The notes under the pieces: model-generated
Database searches by the model: none
What the model saw: only the letters and a program-made list of their open reading frames with translations
What the model was told of the DNA's origin: nothing
Made by a program: the position numbers and the translations under genes
In this document: piece by piece, positions 19,859 through 31,092 of the stretch
Layout: each line of letters starts with the position of its first letter
Position numbering within the stretch: the stretch's first letter is position 1
Origin: Candidatus Omnitrophota bacterium
GTDB taxonomy: Bacteria; Omnitrophota; Gorgyraeia; Duberdicusellales; Duberdicusellaceae
DNA: 64,000 nt
NCBI GenBank assembly: GCA_021163425.1
Contig: JAGGWS010000038.1
Location: forward strand, 10,418 to 74,417
Reading direction: 5' to 3'

Positions 19859-21008
19859 AACGCAAGGCTTTAGCCTCCTCTACATTAGAGGCCTTAATAG
19901 CCGGAGATAAACTAAACAAAAGACTAAAACCCAACCCCACCAAACAGACTAAAACTACATCTCTATAATCAATGAGAACCGGCAGATAATCAATATAATA
20001 AATCTTAGAAGGTAGTTTAATAAAGTGAAACTTCTCTAAAATAAAGCATAAAAACAACCCTAAACCTGCGCCCAAACCCACTCCAATAAAGCCTAAGATC
20101 AACCCCTGAATAGAGAAAAGAAAGTTTACTGAAGTTTTATTTAATCCGACACTCTTAAGAATCCCTATGTCTTTACTCTTCTCTACTACTCGGACTGTCT
20201 GAGTAGCAAAGATATTAAAACAGGCTACCAGAATTATTAAACTCAAAATTACAAACATAGTAATCTTTTCTAATTTCAAAGCCGAAAATAAAGTCTGGTT
20301 TAACTCGGCCCAGGTTCTCGCTAAACTGATACCGGAAATACCCTGAGAAATAAGATTCGCCTTTACCTTCTCAGCCTGATAAATATTCTCTATTCTTATG
20401 CCTAATAAGGGAAGAGCTTCTGCTTCTTCTAAAAAATTATTAACTAACGAATAAGGAGAGACTATAAAAGATGAATCTAAATCGTAGATCCCAAAACTGA
20501 ACAACCCTCCAACTTTAAACTTTTGAGGCTTAAAGGTTTTAGGATTAAAAATCTCTATCTCCTCTCCTAAGTTTAAGTGTAAATTCTTAGCTAAAACTTT
20601 CCCTATCAACAATCCCCCAAAATTCCCTTTCTCTAAATATTTAGACCAGACTTTTTTTTCTTCAGAGTTAAAATCCACTGCCTCTAAAACTACCGGGACT
20701 ATAGTTTTATCTTTTCGAGCAGCAGTCTGAACCTGAGAACACAAAACTGCGTTCTCTACCAAGTTAAGCTTTCTTACTTTTTGAGCTATCTGAGAATCAG
20801 GTTCCTCAAGATAAGCTATAAGATGAAAGTTAAAACCTAAAAGTTTCTCAGTCAAATTCTTATCAAAACCGTTCATCACCCCTAAGACAACTATTAAAAC
20901 ACAAATACCTAAAGCTAATCCTAAAAAAGAAATACAGCTGATAAAAGAAATGTGTTTGCTTTTACCTCTAAATATAAATTTGTAGGCCAACCAGAATTCA
21001 ACTTTCAT
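19851..21008 (-). CDS. FtsX/MacB-type ABC permease, LolC/E-like
   Basis: N-terminal transmembrane helix, periplasmic MacB-like domain and a C-terminal FtsX 3-transmembrane bundle. Confidence 0.65.
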   Translation of the reverse strand: MKVEFWLAYKFIFRGKSKHISFISCISFLGLALGICVLIVVLGVMNGFDKNLTEKLLGFNFHLIAYLEEPDSQIAQKVRKLNLVENAVLCSQVQTAARKDKTIVPVVLEAVDFNSEEKKVWSKYLEKGNFGGLLIGKVLAKNLHLNLGEEIEIFNPKTFKPQKFKVGGLFSFGIYDLDSSFIVSPYSLVNNFLEEAEALPLLGIRIENIYQAEKVKANLISQGISGISLARTWAELNQTLFSALKLEKITMFVILSLIILVACFNIFATQTVRVVEKSKDIGILKSVGLNKTSVNFLFSIQGLILGFIGVGLGAGLGLFLCFILEKFHFIKLPSKIYYIDYLPVLIDYRDVVLVCLVGLGFSLLFSLSPAIKASNVEEAKALRYE

Positions 21009-22426
21009 TTATCCTGAGGCTTAAGTAAAGGGAAGAAAATAACTTCTTTTAAGGAAGGCTGGTTAAGAAGAAGCATAACTAACCTGTCTACACCAATACC
21101 TAATCCGGTAGCAGGAGGCATCCCGTACTCTAAAGACTCAATAAAATCCTCATCAATCTTAGAAGAAATTTCTTCAGAATCTATTTGTTTTAAAAAGCGT
21201 TCTCTCTGCTCTATGGGATCATTAAGCTCAGAATAAGCATTAGCTAACTCTATACCCCCTATAAACAGTTCAAATCTTTCTACTAAGTTAGGGTTATCTT
21301 TCTTTGTCTTAGCTAAAGGAGACATCCAGGTATAAAAATCAGTCACAAATACCGGCTCTCCTCCAAAATACTTTTCCTCTATTAAATCCTCAATTAATTT
21401 TATAATCTGAGAACGAGAAAGGTTATCTTTAATATCAAAATGCTGACGGGCTTTTTCAATAAACTCAAAAGGCCCAGCATCAAATTCTATACCTAAGTCT
21501 TCTTTCAACTTTGAAGCTAAGGAAATTTTCTTAAATTTCTGGTTAAAATTTATACTAAAACCCTGGTAGTTAATAATTCCGGTAGGAGAAACTTCTTTAA
21601 CTAAGGCTCTTATGAGCTTTTCAGTAAGTTCCATCATAAAGGTATAATCCTGGTAAGCACAATAGACCTCAAGCATAGTAAACTCAGGGTTATGCTTTAA
21701 AGAAATACCTTCATTACGAAAAGAACGACCTAATTCATAGATTTTATCAAAACCACCTACCAGAAGTCTCTTAAGATACAATTCCGGAGCAATTCTTAAA
21801 TATATATCAATATCTAAAGCATTATGATGGGTTTTAAAGGGTTTCCCTGAAGCTCCTCCAGGAATAAGATGAAGAAAAGGTGTCTCTACCTCAACAAACC
21901 CCTGATTATCTAAAAACTCCCTAATTTTACCTATAAGTTTACTTCTCTTAATAAATAGAGAGCTAACCTGAGGATTAGCTATCAAATCTAAATAACGCTT
22001 TCGAAAACGGAGTTCAGTATCTTTTAAACCATGCCACTTCTCAGGTAAAGGTCTTAAACTCTTAGAAAGAAGCTTGAATTCAGAAACAAGAACTGTAACT
22101 TCAGCTGTCTTGGTCTTAAATAAACTCCCCTTAACACCCAAGACATCTCCTATATCTAAATTTTTAAAGAAAGAAAAGTTATCTTCTCCTATTAAATCCT
22201 TCCTTAAATAACACTGAATTTTCCCTGAAAAATCTCCTAAATCAAAGAAAATACTCTTCCCATGCTCTCTGCGACTAAGAAGACGCCCTCCAACGCTAAC
22301 TTCTCTTCCTTCAGAAAAATCCTCTTTTATTTTAATAATAGGGGCTTGCTTGGGAAAAGAATGTAGAGAATAGGGAGAACCTTTTTCTCTTCTTATTTTT
22401 TCTAATTTTTCTAATCTCTCTTGCAT
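21005..22426 (-). CDS. lysS: lysyl-tRNA synthetase, class II
   Basis: OB-fold anticodon-binding domain plus class II motifs 1-3 (FRNEGIS..., GGASGKPF, GLGIGVDRL). Confidence 0.9.
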   Translation of the reverse strand: MQERLEKLEKIRREKGSPYSLHSFPKQAPIIKIKEDFSEGREVSVGGRLLSRREHGKSIFFDLGDFSGKIQCYLRKDLIGEDNFSFFKNLDIGDVLGVKGSLFKTKTAEVTVLVSEFKLLSKSLRPLPEKWHGLKDTELRFRKRYLDLIANPQVSSLFIKRSKLIGKIREFLDNQGFVEVETPFLHLIPGGASGKPFKTHHNALDIDIYLRIAPELYLKRLLVGGFDKIYELGRSFRNEGISLKHNPEFTMLEVYCAYQDYTFMMELTEKLIRALVKEVSPTGIINYQGFSINFNQKFKKISLASKLKEDLGIEFDAGPFEFIEKARQHFDIKDNLSRSQIIKLIEDLIEEKYFGGEPVFVTDFYTWMSPLAKTKKDNPNLVERFELFIGGIELANAYSELNDPIEQRERFLKQIDSEEISSKIDEDFIESLEYGMPPATGLGIGVDRLVMLLLNQPSLKEVIFFPLLKPQDK

Positions 22427-22434
22427 AGAAGCAA

Positions 22435-22463
22435 ATTATATAGAAGAAAACCCCTTCTGTCAA
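22435..22463 (-). promoter_or_regulatory. sigma70-like promoter of lysS (TTGACA-N17-TATAAT); near-leaderless
   Basis: Minus-strand TTGACA at 22463-22458, a 17-nt spacer, and TATAAT at 22440-22435. The ATG is at 22426, about 9 nt after the -10. Confidence 0.5.
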
Positions 22464-22727
22464 ATGGGTTTTCTCTAAGGTATGTGTCAAGTATTTGGGG
22501 GTAGCTTTTTTAATGTTAGTTTGTCAAAAGGTTTAATGTAGACGTTTTTGGGTAAGTCTACGCCACTTTTATTTCCAGTCAATCCCTTTTACAATTTTCC
22601 CATTATTCACAAAAAAGCTACTACTATTCTTCCCTCAACTGCCCCACTAAATTTTACACTAACCACAGAATATTTTACAGTACCCTGTAAAAATCTTTGA
22701 TAAGGGACTGATAATCTGGAGAAAGGT

Positions 22728-24143
22728 TTATAGAGAAAGGAGATTTAAAATAGATTGGGAAGCCTTTTTAGCAGTAGCCATTGCTGAGATTACTGTCCCT
22801 TCCCCACCTACTATATCTCCTCCAGCATAGACCTTTTTAAGAGAAGTCTCCATGGTTTCGGGATTAACCAAGATATCGCCAGACTTATCCAGTTGAATCT
22901 GAGGAGTAGCAGAAGTCAATACTCTATTTGCCTTTAAACCAATAGCAATTATTACTACATCAGCCTCTATCTCAAATTCACTGCCTTCAATAGGAAAAGG
23001 CTTCCTTCTTCCTGAAGAATCGGGTTTGCCTAATTTACACTTCAAAGCTCTTATTTTTTTTACAAACCCTCGCTCATCGCCAATAAACTCTACCGGCTGA
23101 ACCAGAAATTCAAAATTAACTCCTTCTTCTTTAGCATGTTCAATCTCTAATCTTCTTGCCGGCATCTCCACCTCTGTTCTTCGGTAAATTACGGTAGTAT
23201 CAGGTTTTAAACCTTGCCCGAGCTGAACTCTTAAAGAAGAACGGGCAGCATCCATGGCAGTATTCCCTCCACCAATAACCACAACCTTCTCTCCAATATT
23301 TATAGGAGTATGAAATTGGGGGAATTTAAAAGCAGACATTAAGTTAATCCGGGTTAAAAACTCATTGGCTAAATAGATATTTCCCAGATTTTCTCCCTTT
23401 ATCCCTAAAAAAGAGGGAGTACCTGCTCCTAAACCTAAAAATATAGCCGAAAAATCTTTCTCCAGCTCAGATAAAGGTTTGGTCTTCCCTACTATAAAGT
23501 TAGTTATAAATTCTACTCCCATACTTTTAAGATAGTTAATTTCAAAGTCTAAGATAGGCCGAGGCAATCGGAAAGGAGGGATACCATACCTTAAAACTCC
23601 TCCCAATTGATGAAGGGCTTCAAAAACCACTACTTTTACGCCTTGACGAGCTAATTCTCCAGCACAGCACAACCCGGCTGGACCTGAACCTACTATCGCC
23701 ACCTTTTCTTTGAATTTTGAATTTTGAATTTTGAATGTTAAGTTTTGATAATTTTTTATCCCCCAATCTCCAATAAATCTTTCTAAAAAATGTATGTTTA
23801 TTGCTTCTGGAGAAGCAAAAGGCTTATCCTTATTTCTATTTAATATACAGAATTTTCTACATTGATACTCAGCAGGACAAACTCTTCCGCAGATAGCTGG
23901 AAAGTTATTCTTCTCCCGAATAGTAAGATAAGCAGATTTATAATCTCTCTGAGTAATTTCAAAGATAAATTTTTTTATATCTATTCCTACTGGACAACCC
24001 TGGATACATTTAGGTTCTTTACACTGAAGACACCTCTTAGCTTCTTCTTGAGCTCCTTCTTCAGAATAACCTAAAGCTACCTCTTCAAAACTCCTTATTC
24101 TTTCTGAAGGTAAAAGCTCCTTAATTTTTACAGGACCTTTCAT
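22728..24143 (-). CDS. nfnB: NADPH-dependent glutamate synthase small-subunit-like oxidoreductase (NfnB/SudA/GltD family)
   Basis: N-terminal 2x[4Fe-4S] motif (CLQCKEPKCIQGCPV ... CGRVCP), FAD and NAD(P) Rossmann motifs (VAIVGSGPAGL, VVVIGGGNTAMD). The track start at 24188 is a TTG; the ATG at 24143 (MKGPVKIK) is the likely start. Confidence 0.8.
   Translation of the reverse strand: MKGPVKIKELLPSERIRSFEEVALGYSEEGAQEEAKRCLQCKEPKCIQGCPVGIDIKKFIFEITQRDYKSAYLTIREKNNFPAICGRVCPAEYQCRKFCILNRNKDKPFASPEAINIHFLERFIGDWGIKNYQNLTFKIQNSKFKEKVAIVGSGPAGLCCAGELARQGVKVVVFEALHQLGGVLRYGIPPFRLPRPILDFEINYLKSMGVEFITNFIVGKTKPLSELEKDFSAIFLGLGAGTPSFLGIKGENLGNIYLANEFLTRINLMSAFKFPQFHTPINIGEKVVVIGGGNTAMDAARSSLRVQLGQGLKPDTTVIYRRTEVEMPARRLEIEHAKEEGVNFEFLVQPVEFIGDERGFVKKIRALKCKLGKPDSSGRRKPFPIEGSEFEIEADVVIIAIGLKANRVLTSATPQIQLDKSGDILVNPETMETSLKKVYAGGDIVGGEGTVISAMATAKKASQSILNLLSL
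23708..23735. repeat. heptamer tract (TTGAATT)x3.5 inside the nfnB coding sequence
   Basis: ctttgaattttgaattttgaattttgaatg encodes FKIQNSKFK just before the FAD-binding GxGxxG. Confidence 0.6.
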
Positions 24144-24154
24144 CTCTGAAACGT

Positions 24155-24191
24155 AACTTGACAAAATGTTTTCAAAAGAAAGTGTCAAGTT
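24155..24191. repeat. palindromic element copy (minus orientation) in the nfnA-nfnB intercistronic junction
   Basis: Minus-strand reading AACTTGACActttcttttgaaaacatttTGTCAAGTT. It shares its spacer with the 42719 copy at 17 of 19 positions, includes the nfnA stop codon, and ends 11 nt before the nfnB ATG. Confidence 0.7.
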
Positions 24192-25030
24192 ACGAGTTTA
24201 TAAAGTTTACAAATATGTTTTTCTTTATCCTCATAGATTTTATTGCGCAAACTGAGTTCAGTCCAGTCTATTAAATGAGCTTCAAATTCTGGGCCATCTA
24301 CACAACAAAATTTAATTTCACCTCCTACACTCACCCTACAACAGCCACACATCCCAGTCCCATCCACCATCAAAGCATTTAAAGAAACTAATGTCTTTAT
24401 CTTAAATCTTTGGGTAATTTCAGAAACCTTCTTCATCATTGGAATAGGACCAACTGCATAAATTAGTTTGTATCTATCGCCCTGACTTTCTGAACTTTCT
24501 AATAATTCTTTTAATACATCAGTAGTAAACCCCTTCCTGCCATAAGAACCATCATCAGTAGTAATATAAAACTCATCAGACATCTTTCTTAAATCTTCTT
24601 CTAAAATTAACAAATCTTTATTTCTTGCTCCTAATATAGTGGTTAAGTGGTTTCCTTCTTCTTTAAAAGCCCTGGCTAAAGGAAAAATCTCGGCAATCCC
24701 TACCCCTCCTCCTACTAAAATTACTCTTCCATAATTTTTAATTTCTGCAGGGTTGCCTAAAGGACCGACCAAACTATATAAACCATCTCCTTTGTTCAAT
24801 CTCCCTAAAAGTTTTGTAGTTAAACCTACTTCCTGAAAAATTAAACTAATACTTTGATTTTTTAAATTTTTATCTACAATAGTTAAGGGAATCCTTTCTC
24901 CTACTTCCGAAACCATCAAGATTACAAACTGACCAGGCTTAAAAGCTTTACAGATTTCTTCAGCTAAAACTTCTAAGTAAACTATACGGGGCTCTCTTTC
25001 AGCTAAAACTTTTTTATCTAATATCTTCAT
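24185..25030 (-). CDS. nfnA: ferredoxin-NADP reductase-like subunit (NfnA/SudB, PyrK-like)
   Basis: FAD/NAD-binding fold with a C-terminal CGCC...C 2Fe-2S motif (GMCGCCRV). Adjacent to the GltD-like partner. Confidence 0.75.
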   Translation of the reverse strand: MKILDKKVLAEREPRIVYLEVLAEEICKAFKPGQFVILMVSEVGERIPLTIVDKNLKNQSISLIFQEVGLTTKLLGRLNKGDGLYSLVGPLGNPAEIKNYGRVILVGGGVGIAEIFPLARAFKEEGNHLTTILGARNKDLLILEEDLRKMSDEFYITTDDGSYGRKGFTTDVLKELLESSESQGDRYKLIYAVGPIPMMKKVSEITQRFKIKTLVSLNALMVDGTGMCGCCRVSVGGEIKFCCVDGPEFEAHLIDWTELSLRNKIYEDKEKHICKLYKLVT

Positions 25031-25039
25031 TATTTAAAA

Positions 25040-26872
25040 CTACTCTACGGTAACGCTCTTAGCTAAATTTCTGGGCTTATCTACATCGTAACCCTTAAGT
25101 TCAGCAATATAATAAGCTAAAAGTTGTAAGGGGATTATGGTAATAAGAGGCGAGAGTTCTTCTTTAATTTTAGGGATATAAATAATTTGCCGAGAATATT
25201 TTTTAACTTGCTCATCTTCCTCAGTAGCCAAGATTATAATCCTTCCCCGACGAGCGAAAATCTCTTCTACATTAGAAAGCATCTTTGAATATACCGAAGA
25301 GTTATTTGCAATACAGACTACAGCTCTATATTCATCAATTAAAGCAATCGGACCGTGTTTCATTTCTCCGGCAGGATAGCCTTCAGCAGGAATATAAGAA
25401 ATCTCTTTTAACTTTAAAGCCCCTTCTAAGGCAGTAGGATAATTTATATTTCTGCCCAAATAGAGAAAAGCTCCAAAGTTAAGATATTTCTGAGCAATTT
25501 TTCTTATCTCATCTTTACTTTTAACTATCTTTAGTTGACAAGAAGGAATCTTTCTAAGAAGATTAAGATAAGAATTAATAAGGGAGTCAGGAAGAGTTCT
25601 TCTTAATTTCGCTAAATACAAAGAAAGTATCACCAAAACCATAATTTGAGCAGAATAAGCCTTGGTAGAAGCAACACTTATCTCCGGGCCAGCTAAAGTA
25701 TAGAGAACCTTGTCTGATTCTCTAACCAAGGTTGAACCTAAAACATTACAGATAGAAAGAATTTTTGCCCCTCTTTTTTTAGCTAACCTCACCCCAGCTA
25801 AGGTATCAGCTGTTTCTCCGGATTGACTTATAGCTATAAGTAAATCTCCCTTTCTTATTGTAGGCTGTTTGTAACGAAACTCACTGCCCAAATCTACTTC
25901 TACCGGTATATTTAAAAATTTTTCCATTAAGTATTTACCTACTAACCCGGCGTGGTAAGCGGTTCCACAGGCTACTATGTTAATTTTTTGAAGCTTTTTA
26001 AAAAAATCTCTAAAAGCAGTTAATTCTTTTAAGTTAAAATCCTTCTCTTTTAAATAATAAGAGAGAATTTTTTCTAAAACCTTAGGCTGCTCCAATATCT
26101 CTTTAAGCATAAAATGTTTAAAAACACCTTTCTTAACCTCTTCCTTACTAAAGCTTAAAAGCTCTTCTTTAAAAGAAACTTTCCTTCCCTGAAAATCAAT
26201 TACCTTAACTGAATCAGGAGTTAAAACTGCTATTTCTCTATCTTTTAGATAGACTACTCTGCGAGTATCTTCAATAAAGGCTGAACTATCTGAAGCTAAA
26301 AACTTTTCCTCATCTTTTATCCCTACAATTAAAGGAGAATCTAATCTTACCCCTACTAATTTACCTGGCTCATCTTTACTTATCACTGCTAAAGAAAAAG
26401 AACCCTTAAGGAGCAAGACAGTTTTTCTTACAGCTTCTTCTAAATTCTGATGATAATTTCTCTCTATTAAATGAGAAATTATTTCAGTATCAGTGTCAGA
26501 AGAAAACTTACAGCCTTTTTTAAGAAGGTCCTTCTTTAGACTTTCAAAATTTTCAATTATCCCGTTGTGGACTACGGCTATCCTTTTTTTACAGCCTAGG
26601 TGAGGATGGGCATTTTTGTCTGAAGGCACACCATGAGTTGCCCAGCGGGTATGAGCTATCCCTGAGCTCCCGGAAAAAGAAGTCTTACTTACTAATTCTT
26701 CTAAATTTTTTATTTTTCCCTTACGCTTTATAACCTTTAATCTATTCTTATCTAAAACAGCTATTCCTGCTGAATCGTATCCCCGATACTCTAAATTTTT
26801 AAGCCCCTTAATAAGGATTTCTTTAGCTTCTCTTTTTCCAGTATATCCAACTATACCACACATCTTCAGCAC
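25040..26872 (-). CDS. glmS: glutamine--fructose-6-phosphate aminotransferase
   Basis: N-terminal MCGIVGY catalytic Cys and two SIS domains. 610 aa. Confidence 0.9.
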   Translation of the reverse strand: MLKMCGIVGYTGKREAKEILIKGLKNLEYRGYDSAGIAVLDKNRLKVIKRKGKIKNLEELVSKTSFSGSSGIAHTRWATHGVPSDKNAHPHLGCKKRIAVVHNGIIENFESLKKDLLKKGCKFSSDTDTEIISHLIERNYHQNLEEAVRKTVLLLKGSFSLAVISKDEPGKLVGVRLDSPLIVGIKDEEKFLASDSSAFIEDTRRVVYLKDREIAVLTPDSVKVIDFQGRKVSFKEELLSFSKEEVKKGVFKHFMLKEILEQPKVLEKILSYYLKEKDFNLKELTAFRDFFKKLQKINIVACGTAYHAGLVGKYLMEKFLNIPVEVDLGSEFRYKQPTIRKGDLLIAISQSGETADTLAGVRLAKKRGAKILSICNVLGSTLVRESDKVLYTLAGPEISVASTKAYSAQIMVLVILSLYLAKLRRTLPDSLINSYLNLLRKIPSCQLKIVKSKDEIRKIAQKYLNFGAFLYLGRNINYPTALEGALKLKEISYIPAEGYPAGEMKHGPIALIDEYRAVVCIANNSSVYSKMLSNVEEIFARRGRIIILATEEDEQVKKYSRQIIYIPKIKEELSPLITIIPLQLLAYYIAELKGYDVDKPRNLAKSVTVE

Positions 26873-27627
26873 ATTCTTATTGGAATACCCTTCTCTTTCA
26901 AATATTTTTTAGCTTCTCTTAAAGAATATTCTCCATAATGAAAGATAGAAGCAACTAACACCGCACTAGCCAAACCCTGAGCAAAAGCCTGATAAAGATG
27001 CTCTAAATTCCCTGCTCCTCCTGAAGCAATTACCGGGATATTCACTCTTTGAGAAACCTTACGGGTAAGTTCTAAATCATAGCCTTGTTTTGTCCCATCT
27101 CTATCCATACTGGTTAAAAGAATTTCTCCTCCTCCTAAAGCCTGAACTTCTTCAGCCCATTCTAAAACATCAATACCTGTAGGTTTTCTTCCTCCGTAGG
27201 TGTAAACTTCCCACTGAGAATCCTCAGTAAGCTTAGCATCAATAGCTACTACAATACACTGACTACCAAATTCCTGAGAAGCCATTTTTATAAAGTCGGG
27301 GTTCTCTACAGCAGAAGTATTAATAGAAACTTTATCTGCACCTGCTCTTAAAAGAGCTCTTATGTCTTCTAAGTTGCTTATCCCTCCTCCCACTGTAAAA
27401 GGGATAAAAACCTGTTCACAGGTTTCTCTTACTACCTCAATTATGGTTTTGCGAGCTTCAAAACTGGCAGTTATATCCAGAAAGACGAGTTCATCAGCGC
27501 CTTCTTTAGCATAGACTTTAGCCTGTTCTACTGGAGAGCCGGCATCTCTTAAATTAAGAAAATTTATCCCTTTTACTACCCGGCCTTCCTTAACATCTAA
27601 ACACGGTATTATCCTCTTGGCTAACAT
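26866..27627 (-). CDS. hisF: imidazole glycerol phosphate synthase cyclase subunit (HisF family)
   Basis: [17 protein letters not shown]-terminal motif and a (beta/alpha)8 fold. No other his genes are present in the window. Confidence 0.8.
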   Translation of the reverse strand: MLAKRIIPCLDVKEGRVVKGINFLNLRDAGSPVEQAKVYAKEGADELVFLDITASFEARKTIIEVVRETCEQVFIPFTVGGGISNLEDIRALLRAGADKVSINTSAVENPDFIKMASQEFGSQCIVVAIDAKLTEDSQWEVYTYGGRKPTGIDVLEWAEEVQALGGGEILLTSMDRDGTKQGYDLELTRKVSQRVNIPVIASGGAGNLEHLYQAFAQGLASAVLVASIFHYGEYSLREAKKYLKEKGIPIRMC

Positions 27628-28232
27628 ATACTTATAAAATTTTTAATGAGCTTCAACCCCAATTCTGAACTCTTTTCAGGATGAAACTGAACTGCCCAAA
27701 GATTGTCTTTATTTATGGCTGAAACAAATTCTTCTCCGTAATCAGTAGTAGAAATCACAATATCTTTATCTTCAGGCTCTACATAATAAGAGTGGACAAA
27801 ATAAAAAAAACTTTTATCAGGAATCTCCTTAAATAAATTATTATCTTTTTTAAACTCAACCTGGTTCCAGCCCATATGAGGAATCTTAATTTTTTTAGAA
27901 AATCTTACTGCCTTCCCCCTTAATATCTCTAAACCCTTAACCTCTCCCCCTTCCTCAGACTCAGTAAAAAGAAGTTGAAATCCCAGGCATATTCCTAAAA
28001 AGGGTATACCTCTATTCAAAGATTTCTGAAGAAAATCTTTAAGCCCTAACTTTTCTAAATTCTCCATCCCCCTCTTAAAGGCACCAACTCCAGGAAGGAT
28101 TAACCCCCCAGCTTCTGAAAGCTTCTTAGCATCAGAAGAAAGAATAACTTTTGCTCCCAAAACTTCTAAAGCCTTGGAAACACTCCTTAAATTACCTAAG
28201 CCGTAATCAACAACTCCAATGACTTTTTCCAT
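27621..28232 (-). CDS. hisH: imidazole glycerol phosphate synthase glutaminase subunit (HisH family)
   Basis: Class I glutamine amidotransferase with catalytic GICLGFQ Cys and HPE. Confidence 0.8.
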   Translation of the reverse strand: MEKVIGVVDYGLGNLRSVSKALEVLGAKVILSSDAKKLSEAGGLILPGVGAFKRGMENLEKLGLKDFLQKSLNRGIPFLGICLGFQLLFTESEEGGEVKGLEILRGKAVRFSKKIKIPHMGWNQVEFKKDNNLFKEIPDKSFFYFVHSYYVEPEDKDIVISTTDYGEEFVSAINKDNLWAVQFHPEKSSELGLKLIKNFISIC

Positions 28233-30403
28233 AACCTGAAAGCCCTTTCTAAATCTAAATCAATTAAAGCAAATTTATCTTTTAAAATAACTAATTTAGG
28301 CTCTTTAATCACTCTTCCAATCACTCTTAAAGGAAGTCTGTATTTTTTAGCTATCTTCTCAATTTCTGAAAGATTATTTTTAGGTAAAGAGATTATTACC
28401 CTGGCAGTAGACTCTGAAAATAGAAGAAAATCCTCTCTCAGGTTAAACTCTAAATTATCTATGAAAGCACCTTTTATTTCTCTCCCCGTAACACACCCTT
28501 CAAACAAAGCTAAACTCACACCTCCTTCTGAACAATCAACACAGGAAGAAATTAAATCTTTCTCTATAGCTGCAAGGACAACTTTTTGCAGAGAAAGTTC
28601 CTTGTTTAAATCTAAAGCTGGAGGTTTCCCTCTAACCTGATTATGAATCTCCTTTAAATACTCAGAACCTCCTAATTCCGGAAGAGTTTCTCCTAAAAGA
28701 ACTATCAAATCACCCTCTTTTTTAAAGAAAGGAGTCTTTATAAATTTTAAATCTTTAATTATACCTACCATTCCAATAGCAGGAGTAGGTTTAATTACTG
28801 TTTGCGGAGACTCATTATAAAAGGAGACATTACCGCTGACTACTGGAATATTAAAAAACTTACAAGCAGAAATTAACCCCTCTATACAATTTTTAAAATA
28901 CCAAAATCTATCTGGTTTTTCGGGATTGCCAAAATTAAGACAGTCAGTCACTCCTGCTGGCTCTGCTCCCACAGATACAAGATTTCGACAGGCTTCACTT
29001 ACAGCAATCTGGGCTCCTACAAAAGGGTCTAAGTAGCAATAAATACTATTACAATCAGTAGTTAAAGCTAAAGCTTTGTTCTTTCCTTTTATCCTCAAAA
29101 CTGCTGAACCTAAGCCAGGAAGAAGAACAGTATTAGTCTGGACCATATAGTCATACTGCTCATAAACCCAATTTCTACTGGAAAGATTTTCTGAAGATAA
29201 AAGTTTTAACATAACCTGGTTAAAATCTTCAGGCAAAGGAAGGCTATTGATATCTAACTTATTAATTTCTTTTAAATACTCAGGTTCCTGGTAAGGCATA
29301 TTGTAAAGAGGAGCAGAAGTTAAATCCTTTGCTTTTAACTTAGCCACTATTTCTCCTTTTTCTTTAACTATTACTTCTTTAGTTTTTACAACTTTGCCAA
29401 TAATTACACAGTTTAAGCCCCATTTCCTGTAGATATCTATAATCTCCCTAGCTTTCTCCTTTTTAACACAAAGAAGCATTCTTTCCTGAGATTCGGACAT
29501 CATTACTTCCCATGCTAACATTCCTTCTTCTCTCCGGGGGACTAAATCTAAATCTATTTCTACCCCTGTATCACCTGCTGAAGCCATCTCACTAGTAGCA
29601 CAGGTTAAACCTGCTGCTCCCATATCCTTTATCCCTACTACTCCCTGAGTAGCTATTGCTTCTAAGGTAGCTTCAATAAGACACTTCTCAGTAAAAGGGT
29701 CACCTATCTGAACTGTAGGTCTTTTTTCTTCATCCTCCTTAAACTCCTTAGAAGCTAAAATACTGCACCCTCCAATTCCGTCTCTTCCGGTAGAAGCGCC
29801 AGCATAAATTATTAAATTTCCTTCTCCTTTAGCCTGAGCCCGCATAAGTTTATCTTTAGGAGCTATTCCTACACACATAACGTTTACTAAACAATTCCTG
29901 CTATAGGAAGGGTCAAAATATATTTCTCCTCCTACTGTAGGCACTCCTACACAATTACCATAACTCTGTATCCCATCAACTACTCCTCTGAATAAGTACT
30001 GATTATAGGGCTTAGTTAACTGACCAAAGCGTAAAGAATCGAGTAAAGCCACAGGCCTTGCTCCGGTAGTAAAAACATCCCGGATTATTCCTCCTACTCC
30101 AGTAGCTGCTCCTTGTCTAGGCTCAACGTAAGAGGGGTGATTGTGGCTTTCCATCTTAAAAACAATAGCTAAGTCTTCTAAAATAATACCTCCAGCATCT
30201 TCTCCTACTAAAGGCTTAAACTTTCCCTTCCTGGGAAGAAGTTTTAAATAAGCCCGAGAACGAGGATAGCCACAATGTTCAGACCACTCCACAGAAAACA
30301 TTGCTAATTCAGTAAGAGTAGGCTCTCTTCCCAAAAGTTTTAAAATTTTCTGGTATTCCTCCTTAGATAACCCTAACCCTCGATAAATTTCTTCAGTTAT
30401 CAT
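28196..30403 (-). CDS. purL: phosphoribosylformylglycinamidine synthase subunit II
   Basis: 735 aa with duplicated AIR-synthase-related domains. Followed by purQ/purS. Confidence 0.9.
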   Translation of the reverse strand: MITEEIYRGLGLSKEEYQKILKLLGREPTLTELAMFSVEWSEHCGYPRSRAYLKLLPRKGKFKPLVGEDAGGIILEDLAIVFKMESHNHPSYVEPRQGAATGVGGIIRDVFTTGARPVALLDSLRFGQLTKPYNQYLFRGVVDGIQSYGNCVGVPTVGGEIYFDPSYSRNCLVNVMCVGIAPKDKLMRAQAKGEGNLIIYAGASTGRDGIGGCSILASKEFKEDEEKRPTVQIGDPFTEKCLIEATLEAIATQGVVGIKDMGAAGLTCATSEMASAGDTGVEIDLDLVPRREEGMLAWEVMMSESQERMLLCVKKEKAREIIDIYRKWGLNCVIIGKVVKTKEVIVKEKGEIVAKLKAKDLTSAPLYNMPYQEPEYLKEINKLDINSLPLPEDFNQVMLKLLSSENLSSRNWVYEQYDYMVQTNTVLLPGLGSAVLRIKGKNKALALTTDCNSIYCYLDPFVGAQIAVSEACRNLVSVGAEPAGVTDCLNFGNPEKPDRFWYFKNCIEGLISACKFFNIPVVSGNVSFYNESPQTVIKPTPAIGMVGIIKDLKFIKTPFFKKEGDLIVLLGETLPELGGSEYLKEIHNQVRGKPPALDLNKELSLQKVVLAAIEKDLISSCVDCSEGGVSLALFEGCVTGREIKGAFIDNLEFNLREDFLLFSESTARVIISLPKNNLSEIEKIAKKYRLPLRVIGRVIKEPKLVILKDKFALIDLDLERAFRLWKKSLELLITA

Positions 30404-31092
30404 CTTTTAAACCAGTTAACTATAGACTTAAAAACTAACAACCCATCTTGAGAATTCAAAATCCCTTCTGAAGCTCTCTCTGGATGTGGCATCATCCCCA
30501 AAACATTTCCTTCTTTGTTGATTATTCCGGCAATAAACTCTTTTGCTCCATTGGGATTAAATTCAGGAGCTAACCTTCCTTCTTCATCTGAATAGCGAAA
30601 GATAATCTGTTTATTATTCTTCAATTCCACCAAACCTTCATCTTCAATATAGTAATTTCCCTCATTATGGGCTATGGGAATTCTAACAACCTGGCCTTCT
30701 TTAAAAAGGTTAGTAAAGGGAGTATGGATATTTTCTACTCTTAAATAAACATACTTACAGATAAAATGAATATTTTTATTTCTAAGCATAGCCCCGGGTA
30801 ATAACCCGGCTTCTAAAAGAATTTGAAATCCATTACAGATGCCCATTATCAAACCACCTTTTTTAGCAAAATCAACTAAAGCTTCCATTACTGGAGAAAA
30901 GCAGGCAATAGCTCCTGCTCTCAAGTAGTCTCCATAACTGAATCCTCCAGGCAAAATCAGACAATCTAAATCTCTTAAATCTGTCTCTTTATGCCAGACA
31001 TACCTTACCTCTTCTCCCAACACATCCTTAATCACATAAAAACAATCCTGGTCACAATTTGAACCTGGAAAAATAACTACGCCCCACTTCAT
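30400..31092 (-). CDS. purQ: phosphoribosylformylglycinamidine synthase glutaminase subunit
   Basis: Class I glutamine amidotransferase with GICNGFQ. Confidence 0.85.
   Translation of the reverse strand: MKWGVVIFPGSNCDQDCFYVIKDVLGEEVRYVWHKETDLRDLDCLILPGGFSYGDYLRAGAIACFSPVMEALVDFAKKGGLIMGICNGFQILLEAGLLPGAMLRNKNIHFICKYVYLRVENIHTPFTNLFKEGQVVRIPIAHNEGNYYIEDEGLVELKNNKQIIFRYSDEEGRLAPEFNPNGAKEFIAGIINKEGNVLGMMPHPERASEGILNSQDGLLVFKSIVNWFKR

Noticed and set aside
22728-24188. Track start codon (TTG at 24188) for the GltD/NfnB-like gene
   Set aside because: The extra 15 codons would be translated through the palindromic element and the upstream gene's stop. The in-frame ATG at 24143 gives a normal N-terminus.
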